Virus record (IMG/VR): IMGVR_UViG_3300018426_001942
Span: 1-64,000 of that record
DNA from: a virus
Strand: one strand, 5' to 3'
DNA: 64,000 nt
In this document: positions 27,483-37,300 of the stretch, piece after piece
Numbering within the stretch: the first letter of the stretch is position 1
How the letters are laid out: each line of letters begins with the position of its first letter
Made by a program: the position numbers and the translations under genes
The notes under the pieces: generated by a model
Databases searched by the model: none
What the model was told of the DNA's origin: nothing
The model's input: the letters and a program-made list of their open reading frames with translations, nothing else

Positions 27483-29738
27483 TGCTAATACTTTGTAAAC
27501 TGTACCATTAAACGTAATAGGAACAGTTCTATCAAAATTATTTGTTACCCCTATTCCTAATTGTGTAACATTACAGTTTTCAGCAACAAGATCTCTTACC
27601 TTTAACACACTGTTACCATTAATCATTTGTAGTCCAACTGTAGCACCTAGACCATCTGTAGTTCTAAGTCCGTTTAATGTTCCTACAAAAGGTGGCGCTG
27701 TGTTTAAAGGAATAACACATGCTTCTTTATTTTGTGTTGTGTCAGTAGGACAAATAACTACAGTAGTACCAGCAACCATATCGTCCGGTGCTTGAACTGT
27801 TTTATTAATCGTTATTGTATTTGTGTTAGTATCTATGGCTGTAATTCTAGTTAAAGTCGTAGGATCATTTTCATCTACAGCAGGTAGGTAAGGACTACTT
27901 TGTATAACATTGTTTAGGCCAAATCCATTTACATCATTTAAAACTAGTTGATTAGAACCAACTGTTGCGGTTTGTGTAAGTTCTCGTCCTAATGTTCCTA
28001 CACAAAAATTATCTAAACTATTGTTAAGAAGACCTTTATCTGCATAGAAAAATACTTCTTCTAATCCGTTTAAATTCATAGCAATGTTTGTAGTAAATTC
28101 ACGAATACTAACTATGCTAGTAACTCTTATATAATCTGTGCCTGCAGGATTACTTGCCGCAACTACTACCGTTCCTACTTTTAACCCTTCAGTGGTAGTA
28201 ATAGTAACATTAAAATTATTCGACGTTCCTGCTTGTACATCTAAAAATCCTCTATGATCCATAAATCTTACAGGAACTGTAGCATCCGCCGATGCTGTTG
28301 CATTAGCAATTACAATATTATTTCTTGAAATATCACTAACGCTAGTGCCTTTTGTAAGAGCAGGAGTGATTATCTTATTGCCTATCTCTATATTATCAGT
28401 ATATGGGCTTGTCGAAGTTGTTGCTAAAACGTTACTATCTTGCGTTAACGTGTAGGTATACTCTGCTTTAAGTGCGTCAGCATATCTTAATGGTGGCGCA
28501 TATGTAACAGTCAATGGTGAAATACTTAACCATTTTGCGTATTGCGTACTAAAGTTTACATCTTCAGGTCCAATAGTACCTCCGCCTACAAGTAATCTTT
28601 TATCGTAAAATCCTTTAAAACTGTCTTCTTCAAAGTCTACTGGTACGTCTTGATAGAGATACCAGTAAGGCCAATCTCCACTATCTTTAATATTTGTAGA
28701 TAAATTGCAATCAATAAATTTGTTAAAATAATTTGCACTTTCCGAAGCATACCAATATGTTAATCTGATTTGGACAGGAACATATTTTTCAAGATTTGCT
28801 TCTGTATGTATAAAACTAAAACTTTCACTTCCGATTTTATTTTGTATGCTATACGTAAATGTAGAACCAGCAGGTGCTGTAACAGATTGGTTAAGTGTTA
28901 TTGTGCTATTACCTACGCCATCTACAAATAAACCATTACTAATTTCAGCTGCGAGTATAGGAGTACCTTGATCATCTACAGCCGCAATTATTTGGTCGCC
29001 AATAACTACAGTTCTTGCATCAATAGGATCTACTGTAACATCTGTTTGGCTTGTCATTGCACTTAAATGTTCAATTGGTCTATCTTCTGCAAATGTATTT
29101 TGAACTACTTGTAAATCTCCAAATTCATCTGCAACTTCAAACATAACTAAACCTGTTGTTGAAAAACTAAATGTGCTAGGTCCACTTGCATCCGGAACAT
29201 AATATCCGCTCCATTGTATTAGTCCGTTTGCACCACCGAGTGTATCGTCTAATTTGTTACTGAATTCAAAAACACCATTATTCCAATAAGGCTTAGTAAC
29301 CGTAGGATCTCCTGTAACAATAGTAGCACCTGTACTATTTTTTGTTAAATTTTGGCTAATCTGATCAGTTTCATAAAATCTAGCAATTAAACCGTCTCCT
29401 CCATTAAAGAATGGTGGATCATTAGTAGTTGCGATAATAGTGTCTAATTGATTTTTTACTGTAATAACTGGAGATGCTATTACATCTTCTAGTTCGTTAT
29501 CTTCGTTTAATACAGTATTTTTTACAGCAAGTCCTGCCATTAGGCCGATATCTCTATTAGTTACTGTGCTATTGCTTATTCCTTTAATAGCATCTAGATC
29601 GCCGCCTGTAAAAACCTTATTATCACTACCTACAACAAGGTTGTTTAGCACATTGTTTAGTGCTTGATCTTTGTTAGATAAGTCAGAAAGGTTTAAATCT
29701 CTGCGTAGTCCTATATTTCTAAAAGATGGTCTTGCCAT
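27471..29738 (-). CDS. Virion protein with PA14-like domain (755 aa; start MARPS)
   Basis: AAGGAG RBS; GDGLIARFY...IQWSGYYVP..SG..TF...YVPVQIRLTY PA14-like pattern; N-terminal LNLSDL..ALNN fibre motif. Confidence 0.7.
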   Translation of the reverse strand: MARPSFRNIGLRRDLNLSDLSNKDQALNNVLNNLVVGSDNKVFTGGDLDAIKGISNSTVTNRDIGLMAGLAVKNTVLNEDNELEDVIASPVITVKNQLDTIIATTNDPPFFNGGDGLIARFYETDQISQNLTKNSTGATIVTGDPTVTKPYWNNGVFEFSNKLDDTLGGANGLIQWSGYYVPDASGPSTFSFSTTGLVMFEVADEFGDLQVVQNTFAEDRPIEHLSAMTSQTDVTVDPIDARTVVIGDQIIAAVDDQGTPILAAEISNGLFVDGVGNSTITLNQSVTAPAGSTFTYSIQNKIGSESFSFIHTEANLEKYVPVQIRLTYWYASESANYFNKFIDCNLSTNIKDSGDWPYWYLYQDVPVDFEEDSFKGFYDKRLLVGGGTIGPEDVNFSTQYAKWLSISPLTVTYAPPLRYADALKAEYTYTLTQDSNVLATTSTSPYTDNIEIGNKIITPALTKGTSVSDISRNNIVIANATASADATVPVRFMDHRGFLDVQAGTSNNFNVTITTTEGLKVGTVVVAASNPAGTDYIRVTSIVSIREFTTNIAMNLNGLEEVFFYADKGLLNNSLDNFCVGTLGRELTQTATVGSNQLVLNDVNGFGLNNVIQSSPYLPAVDENDPTTLTRITAIDTNTNTITINKTVQAPDDMVAGTTVVICPTDTTQNKEACVIPLNTAPPFVGTLNGLRTTDGLGATVGLQMINGNSVLKVRDLVAENCNVTQLGIGVTNNFDRTVPITFNGTVYKVLASTS

Positions 29739-29802
29739 GTAAAACTCCTTGTTACAGTATTTATCAGGTTTGATAAATACAATATATGATAGGAAACCAA
29801 CA

Positions 29803-30492
29803 ATGGCAGTAGAATTAGTAAACATAGGTAGAATTGCAAACGATGGTACAGGCGATGACCTTAGAGAAGCCTTTATCAAAATTAATCGAAGTCTTGAGGA
29901 TTTAGACCTACGTATTGATGATAAAACAGAAGGCGAAAACCTAGGCTCAGGTGCCGGTGTTTTCAAACAACGCACTGGTTATAATTTAGAATTTAAATCC
30001 ATTGTAGGATCAAACGACATTACTGTTACAGCAAATCCTAATGATATAACATTATCAGTAGATCCAACACTGGCTGCTAGACCTATAGTTGCAGATACAG
30101 GAACTATAACTGTTCCTGCGAGAGGCACTTTGCGTATACAGGGCGGTAGTGGCATAACTACGCAGGCAAACGAATCAAACAACTCTGTAACCATTAGCGG
30201 AAATGCATCACTAGAAACTGACACAAATCCAACCCTAAATGCTAACCTAAACGCAAACGGCTTTGCTATTTTAAATGTAGGAACACTTACAGGTACAAAC
30301 GTACAAAGTAATGTATACGATGTTGACATAAGAACACTAAATGACTTATTCATTAATTTAGACTTTGGTGATTTTGAAAGTAACACTGACAATTTTGTAG
30401 ACTTTTTAAAAGATCTTGTAGATGCTGATTACGGTACGCTTACAAGTCCTAATCTATTAAACACGGATAACGGACTATTACCAACATTGTAA
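29803..30492 (+). CDS. Baseplate/fibre attachment protein
   Basis: N-terminal NIGRIANDGTGDDLREAFIKIN (gp9/gp10-like); DTNPTLNANLNAN motif. Confidence 0.7.
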   Translation: MAVELVNIGRIANDGTGDDLREAFIKINRSLEDLDLRIDDKTEGENLGSGAGVFKQRTGYNLEFKSIVGSNDITVTANPNDITLSVDPTLAARPIVADTGTITVPARGTLRIQGGSGITTQANESNNSVTISGNASLETDTNPTLNANLNANGFAILNVGTLTGTNVQSNVYDVDIRTLNDLFINLDFGDFESNTDNFVDFLKDLVDADYGTLTSPNLLNTDNGLLPTL

Positions 30493-30524
30493 ATTCCGAT
30501 AAATAGCTATGTAAGGAATTTTAT

Positions 30525-33500
30525 ATGGCAAGTATCTGGACACAACCAAATAACTACAAACTAAGAACACTTGTAGAAAGAGTAAAATTAGAAACAGGTG
30601 ATTTTATTTTACCTGTAGATAACCAAGCGAATATTACTTTAATTGCTGGAAAACTTCCATCTGGATGCAGATTAGAAGGTGTAGAAATTGTTGGTACACC
30701 TTTTGAAGTCGAAATTACTAAAACATTTAAATTTGTACTTAGAGCAACTCTAGGCACAGTTGTTGAAGATAGAACATTTACTATAGACGTAACAGGACCA
30801 GACGAACCTTTTTGGATTACACAACCGGGACTACTACCAATAGGAGCAAATGAAAACCTATTTGTATTAGATAACCAAATAATAGATTACCAATTTTTAG
30901 CATTAGATGCAGACACAGCCGCAGGGCAAATATTAGAATACTATATAGTACCGGGGGAGGGCACCCTACCGCCTGGCTTGTCTTTAACATCAACAGGTAG
31001 AATTCAAGGAGTTGTAGAACCTTTACTTGCACTTGATAAACAATCTGAAAAGGGCGGCTTTGATACAGCACCTTATGATGCATATCCAAATGATTTTAGT
31101 ATTAAACCAGATAGAGGCTTTGATAGTTTCTATTATGACAACGTAAGATACGATACACAATCAAATCCGCAAGTTCCAAAGAAATTAAATAGATTTTATG
31201 AGTTTAAAGTTACTATCAATGACGGTGTAACTGAAAACCCACCAAAAAGAAAATTTAAGATTTATGTTGTAGGCGATGATTATCTAAGAGCAGATAACAC
31301 TATTATGAAAGTATCTAATGGTGTATTTAAAGCAGATAACACACATATTCGACAACCTAAATGGTTAACACCTGCTGATTTAGGATATAAAAAATCTAAC
31401 AATAATGCTACAATATATCTAGATGTGTATGATTCAGATACCTTAGACGGAAATGTTTTATACAGTGTTGACGAATTAAACAATGATAACTCAGAAAGTG
31501 TGTTGCCGCCGGGACTAAAACTAGATGTATTTGCCGGTGAGCTTACAGGAACAATACCATACCAACCTCAGAGTTTTAAAGATTATAAGTTTACTATCAG
31601 AGCAACAAGATATACAAATGACTTAGATTATGCTGTAGTAACAGGTACATTTTATGAAGATACTCTTGCAGGAGAACGATCATTTAAGGTATTTAAACTT
31701 CCGTTAAATGTTCAAGACGGCATTACACTAAATGACGGCATTGATGATCTAAACGATTTAAAAGACCAAACACTATTACTAAATGGTCGTAGTTACAAAG
31801 TTGAATCAGTAGATGGTTCAGACGAAGACTTTGATATTATTACATTAACAGAAGGACTACGTCCATTCATAAGTTTTACACTTGCCGAAGATTCAGTATC
31901 TCAAGCACAATCCATATTTGTAGAAAAATTAAATTTATTTGAAAGACAACAATTTAAAGATAAAAAAATAAATTATATTAGAGATACAATTACAGAAAGT
32001 TATACAATACAAAATATATATGGTTATAGAAAATGGCAGATTACAAGTCCAACTAATAGTATAACAATTAATCTTGAGGCTGCAGGAGCATCTGAATTAC
32101 CAATTGGTGAAACAGAAACATTTACTGAAACTATTATAAGAGTATTTGAAGGCAATGAATTACCTGTATATGTAGAAGCCGGCGCAACTACAGGAAGCGT
32201 TACTTTTTGGGCGCCTGATAATGCTCTAACAAAATCTTCTAGGATTACAACTATATTCCCAGGTGCCGATATTAAACGTACCCTTTTAGATAAAGATAAA
32301 GATTTAGTATACTTTGACAGACCACTTGAAATTGGTAGAGATTATGTAACAGGACAGACAGTTAGTATTGCATTATTTGCAGACGGCTTTTTTGAAAAAG
32401 AATTGCTTACCTATGCAAATGAAGACGTAAATAATCCTTCGACTCCTAAAACATTTACTATAAGAATATTAGGAGAAGTTGATAGTGAAATTACATGGAT
32501 TACTCCTGCTAACCTTGGAAGTATTACAGCCAATTTCTTTAGCACCAAACGTGTCACCGCACAAACAAATGTACCTGATACTAGACTAATTTATAGTATT
32601 ATAAAAGGCCGTTTGCCAAACGGGCTTAGATTAGCGTATACAGGCGAAATAATAGGTAAAGTAACACAGTTTGGTACACTAGAAAATTTAGGATTAACAA
32701 CATTTGACAATGCTGACTTTAGTTTAGACGGTGGTACTACATCAATAGACAGACAATATAAGTTTACAATTAGAGCAGAAGATAGATTTGGATACAGTGC
32801 TGTTGAACGTGAATTTATAATAGACATAATCGATCAAGACAATACGCTTTATAGTAACTTGTATATTAGGCCAATGTTAGACCCTAATGTACGTAAAGAA
32901 TATAAACGTTTTGTAAGTGATCCTGATATATTCCCAACAAATAGCATTTATAGACCAAGTGATCCTAACTTTGGAATACAAACAAAAATTAGTATGCTTG
33001 CCTATGCTGGAATTGAAACTAAAAATATCGACGAATACGTAGCAGCAACAGCAAAGAATCATAAAAGACGTCAGTATCATATAGGTGATATTAAAACGGC
33101 TATTGCAAAAGAACCAGGATCTAATGATATTGTTTACGAAGTAGTTTACTTAGAAATAGTGGATCCGAGAGATAGTAAAAAAGGAAAAGTTGCAAATAAC
33201 TTTATAGGTCATCCCCAACCAGCAATTACCGCAGATGCTGTGTCTTTTGAAGTATTAGACGATGAAACAGCACAAGACACAGGTTTTGATATTGTACAAA
33301 TTGACGGACGTTTTAGAGATAGTGAAATAATACTAGATCAAGGTGCAGGCATGACTGTCGGCACTAGAGAAGGTGACTTAATTCAAAATGTTGACAATGA
33401 CGATATTGATGTATTCTTACGTGATGGTACAGAAGTACATGTAGATGTAGACCTAAGTGATGCTGAACCTATTAGACAAAGATTAAGACAACGTGGAGAA

Positions 33501-33878
33501 AACGTTATTAAAGCAGATAGTGATGCTGTTACTATAAATGATGCTAACGAAGTTAATATGTACATTAGTAACACAACAAACATGCGTGAACAATTAGAAG
33601 CAATAGGAAAAAGTCAACGACAATACTTACCTTTATGGATGCGTACAGGTCAAGATGGAAGTATACAAGAGCTAGACTATGTTACAGCAATTCCATTAGC
33701 ATATGTTAAACCTGGAGAATCGAAAAAGGTGCTGACAAATGTAAAAAATGCATTAAATAACGGAGTATTTGATTTTAAAACAATTAACTTCGATGTTGAC
33801 AGATATGTTGTAGATAGTGCAACAGGAGTTCAAGAAGAAAGATATATTGTCTTTCCAAATTATGTTTTTAATGTTTAA
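30525..33878 (+). CDS. Baseplate wedge-like protein with putative Ig repeats
   Basis: Repeated LPxGLxLxxxGxIxG followed by FxFTIRA; W-x-TPxxLG linkers. Confidence 0.7.
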   Translation: MASIWTQPNNYKLRTLVERVKLETGDFILPVDNQANITLIAGKLPSGCRLEGVEIVGTPFEVEITKTFKFVLRATLGTVVEDRTFTIDVTGPDEPFWITQPGLLPIGANENLFVLDNQIIDYQFLALDADTAAGQILEYYIVPGEGTLPPGLSLTSTGRIQGVVEPLLALDKQSEKGGFDTAPYDAYPNDFSIKPDRGFDSFYYDNVRYDTQSNPQVPKKLNRFYEFKVTINDGVTENPPKRKFKIYVVGDDYLRADNTIMKVSNGVFKADNTHIRQPKWLTPADLGYKKSNNNATIYLDVYDSDTLDGNVLYSVDELNNDNSESVLPPGLKLDVFAGELTGTIPYQPQSFKDYKFTIRATRYTNDLDYAVVTGTFYEDTLAGERSFKVFKLPLNVQDGITLNDGIDDLNDLKDQTLLLNGRSYKVESVDGSDEDFDIITLTEGLRPFISFTLAEDSVSQAQSIFVEKLNLFERQQFKDKKINYIRDTITESYTIQNIYGYRKWQITSPTNSITINLEAAGASELPIGETETFTETIIRVFEGNELPVYVEAGATTGSVTFWAPDNALTKSSRITTIFPGADIKRTLLDKDKDLVYFDRPLEIGRDYVTGQTVSIALFADGFFEKELLTYANEDVNNPSTPKTFTIRILGEVDSEITWITPANLGSITANFFSTKRVTAQTNVPDTRLIYSIIKGRLPNGLRLAYTGEIIGKVTQFGTLENLGLTTFDNADFSLDGGTTSIDRQYKFTIRAEDRFGYSAVEREFIIDIIDQDNTLYSNLYIRPMLDPNVRKEYKRFVSDPDIFPTNSIYRPSDPNFGIQTKISMLAYAGIETKNIDEYVAATAKNHKRRQYHIGDIKTAIAKEPGSNDIVYEVVYLEIVDPRDSKKGKVANNFIGHPQPAITADAVSFEVLDDETAQDTGFDIVQIDGRFRDSEIILDQGAGMTVGTREGDLIQNVDNDDIDVFLRDGTEVHVDVDLSDAEPIRQRLRQRGENVIKADSDAVTINDANEVNMYISNTTNMREQLEAIGKSQRQYLPLWMRTGQDGSIQELDYVTAIPLAYVKPGESKKVLTNVKNALNNGVFDFKTINFDVDRYVVDSATGVQEERYIVFPNYVFNV

Positions 33879-33909
33879 TGCTAGATAAATAATATACCAG
33901 GAGAACAAA

Positions 33910-34530
33910 ATGGCCAGTAATATAGTAGATACAACAATTGATGATACGTTTCCTGTCGCAGGCGTAGATAACGATAGTCAAGGTTTTAGAGATAATTTCA
34001 ATATTATTAAACAAAACTTTACAGCGGCAAGAGCAGAAATTACAGAACTTCAAGCAAATGCTGTTTTAAAAAATAAGTTAGACAGCCAAGAAGAACTAGA
34101 CAACAACTTTGGCGGTAACGAAGTAACACAAGCATTATTTAAAAATTGTGCCGATGGCGTGTTTGAAGCAGGTGCAATTAACAACGCAACAAATATAAGT
34201 TATCTTAACGGGGTTTATCAATCAGGAATACTAACTCAAGCATATGTAGATAGTGGCGATGACCTTACTTTAGCAGACTGGCCTGCTAGTGGTTATGCAA
34301 GAATGCTTATAGAACTTGTTGCAGATTTACCTGGTGTTTCTAGAGTAGTAACGTTCCGTAGTGAAGGAAGTTACACTATGAAAAAATTAACTACTGACTC
34401 TTGGTCTTCTACCACAGCAACTAGTGTTAGTATAGATGTAGACAGCGATACAAATCAAACTATCTTAGAATTTTGGACTAACGATGGTGGTAACACTATT
34501 TTTGCAAAAGTACTAGGACAGTTTGAGTAA
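33910..34530 (+). CDS. Virion structural protein
   Basis: DNDSQGFRDNFNIIKQNF is a variant of the gp9/gp10-like helix; late motif and GGAG RBS. Confidence 0.6.
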   Translation: MASNIVDTTIDDTFPVAGVDNDSQGFRDNFNIIKQNFTAARAEITELQANAVLKNKLDSQEELDNNFGGNEVTQALFKNCADGVFEAGAINNATNISYLNGVYQSGILTQAYVDSGDDLTLADWPASGYARMLIELVADLPGVSRVVTFRSEGSYTMKKLTTDSWSSTTATSVSIDVDSDTNQTILEFWTNDGGNTIFAKVLGQFE

Positions 34531-34764
34531 ATGTTTAATCCTTTAGTTGACGACTTTTCTCTATTGTCAGATACTGAAGTTGAAGAAAAGTTACTAGATC
34601 TTAGAAGAAAATACTGGCTAACAAGAAACCCCTCTGTTCAAGAACAGATTCAAGTCATTATGAATATGTATGCAGAAGAACTTTCTGTACGTAGAGCACA
34701 AGCAATGAAAAAAGCAAATGATGACAGCGAAAATGGACTTGACAATCTGATTAATATCAGTTAA
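34531..34764 (+). CDS. Hypothetical helical protein
   Basis: Abuts upstream gene, 77 aa. Confidence 0.6.
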   Translation: MFNPLVDDFSLLSDTEVEEKLLDLRRKYWLTRNPSVQEQIQVIMNMYAEELSVRRAQAMKKANDDSENGLDNLINIS

Positions 34765-34767
34765 AAT
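34739..34767 (+). promoter_or_regulatory. sigma70-type promoter, probably leaderless
   Basis: TTGACA-17nt-TAAAAT, 6 nt before ATG 34774, no SD. Confidence 0.65.
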
Positions 34768-34773
34768 ACATAT

Positions 34774-35331
34774 ATGCTTATGAAAACAGATTCTCTAGGA
34801 ATACCAAGATTCTCTAATCGCGATCTTATAGATATGATCTATAATGGAGATGCGGATAAAGTTCATGTGGTTTTATGCGATCCTAGCGATGACATAGACA
34901 AGTTTAATACAGCAATGGAAGAACAAGGTATGAATCCATTGCAAAAGTATATTCCACTAGATGTAGATCAAAAAACATTTGACGGTGTATGTCAGGGCGA
35001 ATGGTTTATGCCAGAAGAATATAAATCGCTTGCGATTGAAGAATGGTTATTTGCAAAAGTAATGGAAGAAAAACAACACGCCGGAGTTGATTTTGTATAT
35101 AACTCTACAGAATGGATGCGGGTAGAACAAGAACTAGAAGCGTATAAAGAGCGTGGTATGTATGACCTACTACGCTATATGGTATATCTAGTAGACTTTA
35201 TGCGTGAGAATAACATTGTATGGGGTGTAGGACGTGGGTCAAGTGTAGCAAGTTATGTGTTATACTTAATAGGTGTTCATAAGATAAATTCAATCCAATA
35301 TGACTTGGATTGGCGAGAGTTCTTAAGATAA
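34774..35331 (+). CDS. DNA polymerase III alpha (DnaE)-like fragment
   Basis: RVEQEL...GVGRGSSVASYVLYLIGVHKINSIQYDL..EFL matches DnaE GRGS region; ends before PDxDxD. Confidence 0.8.
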   Translation: MLMKTDSLGIPRFSNRDLIDMIYNGDADKVHVVLCDPSDDIDKFNTAMEEQGMNPLQKYIPLDVDQKTFDGVCQGEWFMPEEYKSLAIEEWLFAKVMEEKQHAGVDFVYNSTEWMRVEQELEAYKERGMYDLLRYMVYLVDFMRENNIVWGVGRGSSVASYVLYLIGVHKINSIQYDLDWREFLR

Positions 35332-35356
35332 ATACGTACATAATAGGAGAAGCATT

Positions 35357-35770
35357 ATGGCAATGAGACAAAAAGGTCAAAAGACCTATACAACAATGCA
35401 AGGCAAACAGATTGATATGGATTTGTTGCGTAAGAAGAATGAATTAACTCCTGCGGTAGGCAATGCTCGTGTAAATGCACGAGGTGATGAGCTTGGCCCA
35501 GGTGGTAAAATTGTTCGTAAGCGTGAACAAGTAATTAAAGATTACTATAAGGGATCTATGCCTGTATCAGAAGAACCTGCGGTTACTGTATCTGATGTTG
35601 TAAAAGAAGAACCTGTTGTTCAAAAAACTGTCAAATCTAAAACTACTACAAGAGCTCAGCAAAAAGAGGCTGAAGCTACACCATCTGAAGCAGAACTTAA
35701 AGAGTTTGAAGAAATGGACGATGGTTGGGTAGAAGACGAAGACGGCAATTTTGTGCAAAAAGGTGACTAA
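35357..35770 (+). CDS. Hypothetical late protein with acidic tail
   Basis: AGGAG RBS, late motif; AVGNARVNARGDELGPGG. Confidence 0.7.
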   Translation: MAMRQKGQKTYTTMQGKQIDMDLLRKKNELTPAVGNARVNARGDELGPGGKIVRKREQVIKDYYKGSMPVSEEPAVTVSDVVKEEPVVQKTVKSKTTTRAQQKEAEATPSEAELKEFEEMDDGWVEDEDGNFVQKGD

Positions 35771-36171
35771 TGGTTAAAAATATAAATGCAATAAAAGGCA
35801 ACCCAAGAGCTATTGGGAAAAGAGTACTAGTAACTGATATGCATTTTGGCGAACAGGTTACTAAAGGTGGCATTATCCTCGGCAACGACGATGGTAAAAC
35901 TAGAGGAATATATCCTCGCTGGGCTCGTGTTTATTCTAAAGGCCCTGACAACAAAGATGAGTATTCGGTAGGAGACTGGATTTTAATCGAACACGGTCGG
36001 TGGACACGTGGTATGAAAATAGAAACCGACGATGGCGAACGAGAAATTCGTATGATTGAAGAAACCGCTGTACTTGCTTACTCAGATGAAAAACCAGAAA
36101 GTGTACAGATCGGTGCAGAATACTCAGACGGTCCTGCAACAATCGATCCTGGATCATTTATAAACCAATAA
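35770..36171 (+). CDS. groES: GroES-like co-chaperonin
   Basis: RVLV...TKGGIIL mobile loop; V..KGP...VGDWIL. Confidence 0.75.
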   Translation: MVKNINAIKGNPRAIGKRVLVTDMHFGEQVTKGGIILGNDDGKTRGIYPRWARVYSKGPDNKDEYSVGDWILIEHGRWTRGMKIETDDGEREIRMIEETAVLAYSDEKPESVQIGAEYSDGPATIDPGSFINQ

Positions 36172-36179
36172 GGCATAAC

Positions 36180-36533
36180 ATGACAGACGTATTTGAAGAC
36201 ATTAATAAATTCGCAACGGCTTGCGATCAAGAACCGAGCGAAGCAAACTACAAAATGTATCTTGATTTAATTCGAGAAGAAGTAGGCGAACTAGAAGAAG
36301 CTATTGCAGAAAATGATAGAGTTGAACAATTAGATGCATTAATTGACATTCTTGTTGTTACATTAGGCGCCGTTCGAGCAGGAGGCTTTAAAGGGCAAGA
36401 TGCTTGGAAAGAAGTAATGGATACAAACTTTGCTAAGATTAATCCAGAGACAGGCAAAGTTATCAAACGAGAAGATGGTAAGGTACTAAAGCCAGAAGGC
36501 TGGAAGTCGCCAGAACTTACTAAATTTATCTAA
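36180..36533 (+). CDS. MazG-like/PRA-PH-like NTP pyrophosphohydrolase
   Basis: LIREEVGEL...DALID...N.AK...REDGKVLKPEGW. Confidence 0.8.
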   Translation: MTDVFEDINKFATACDQEPSEANYKMYLDLIREEVGELEEAIAENDRVEQLDALIDILVVTLGAVRAGGFKGQDAWKEVMDTNFAKINPETGKVIKREDGKVLKPEGWKSPELTKFI

Positions 36534-36541
36534 AAAATCAC

Positions 36542-36570
36542 TTGACAACTCCGCATTTATATTGTATACT
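36542..36570 (+). promoter_or_regulatory. sigma70-type promoter
   Basis: TTGACA-17nt-TATACT. Confidence 0.75.
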
Positions 36571-36599
36571 AACACAATAAAAGTTTACAAGGAGAACTA

Positions 36600-36764
36600 A
36601 TGCGGATTCCTAATCAAAGCTCAGGTATTGGCACTACTGGACTTACAGGCGTAAGTCTTATGGTATTGCATATTACTGGGTATATCACAGGCTGGGCATG
36701 GCCTCTACTTTATATCATGCTTATTATTTCAGGTATCGGACAAGAAAATAGGAGAATGAACTAA
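36600..36764 (+). CDS. Small membrane protein (54 aa), not in ORF track
   Basis: AAGGAG RBS; hydrophobic; TAATG coupling to next gene. Confidence 0.6.
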   Translation: MRIPNQSSGIGTTGLTGVSLMVLHITGYITGWAWPLLYIMLIISGIGQENRRMN

Positions 36765-37300
36765 TGATTCATGGCATGATCGACTTAGAAACCCTTGACA
36801 CTAGACCAAGTTGCACAGTTTTAAGTCTAGGTGCCGTGAAGTTTGATCCTACCAGTGATGCAGAACCACACAGCGAAATGTACTTTAAAATTTGTGTAGA
36901 CGATCAAGATAAACTTGGCAGAACTGTATCTGACAGTACGATTGAATGGTGGAGCAAACAAGATCCTAAAGTAATGGAAGAAGCGTTTGATCAAGAAAAC
37001 TGTATTACTGTTGAAGAAGCACTGAAGCAACTTAGCAAATGGTCAGTAGGTGTAGACACAATTTGGGGCCATGGTTATGGGTTTGACATAACTATTATTG
37101 AAGATATGTATAGGAATATTGGAAAACCTATACCTTGGAATTTTTGGCAGATTAAAGATAGCAGAACACTGTTTGGTTGTTGTGAAACAGATCCTAGAAA
37201 ACTACTAGGACAAAGTGATTTACACAATGCACTTGCTGATGCTTATTTTCAATCTAGAGGTGTGCAATTAGCATATAAAGAATTAGGACTTAAACGATGA
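36764..37300 (+). CDS. DEDDh 3'-5' exonuclease (DexA-like)
   Basis: MIDLETL, WGHG..FD, DSRT, HNALADA. Confidence 0.85.
   Translation: MIHGMIDLETLDTRPSCTVLSLGAVKFDPTSDAEPHSEMYFKICVDDQDKLGRTVSDSTIEWWSKQDPKVMEEAFDQENCITVEEALKQLSKWSVGVDTIWGHGYGFDITIIEDMYRNIGKPIPWNFWQIKDSRTLFGCCETDPRKLLGQSDLHNALADAYFQSRGVQLAYKELGLKR

Noticed and set aside
29739-29975. Upstream extensions of the 27471 minus ORF and the 29749 plus ORF, giving an apparent head-to-head overlap
   Set aside because: RBS and late motifs place the starts at 29738 and 29803, so there is no overlap
3620-33583. Numerous 60-140 aa minus-strand ORFs within the structural genes
   Set aside because: Antisense shadows of long + strand genes with biased codons; no RBS or motifs noticed
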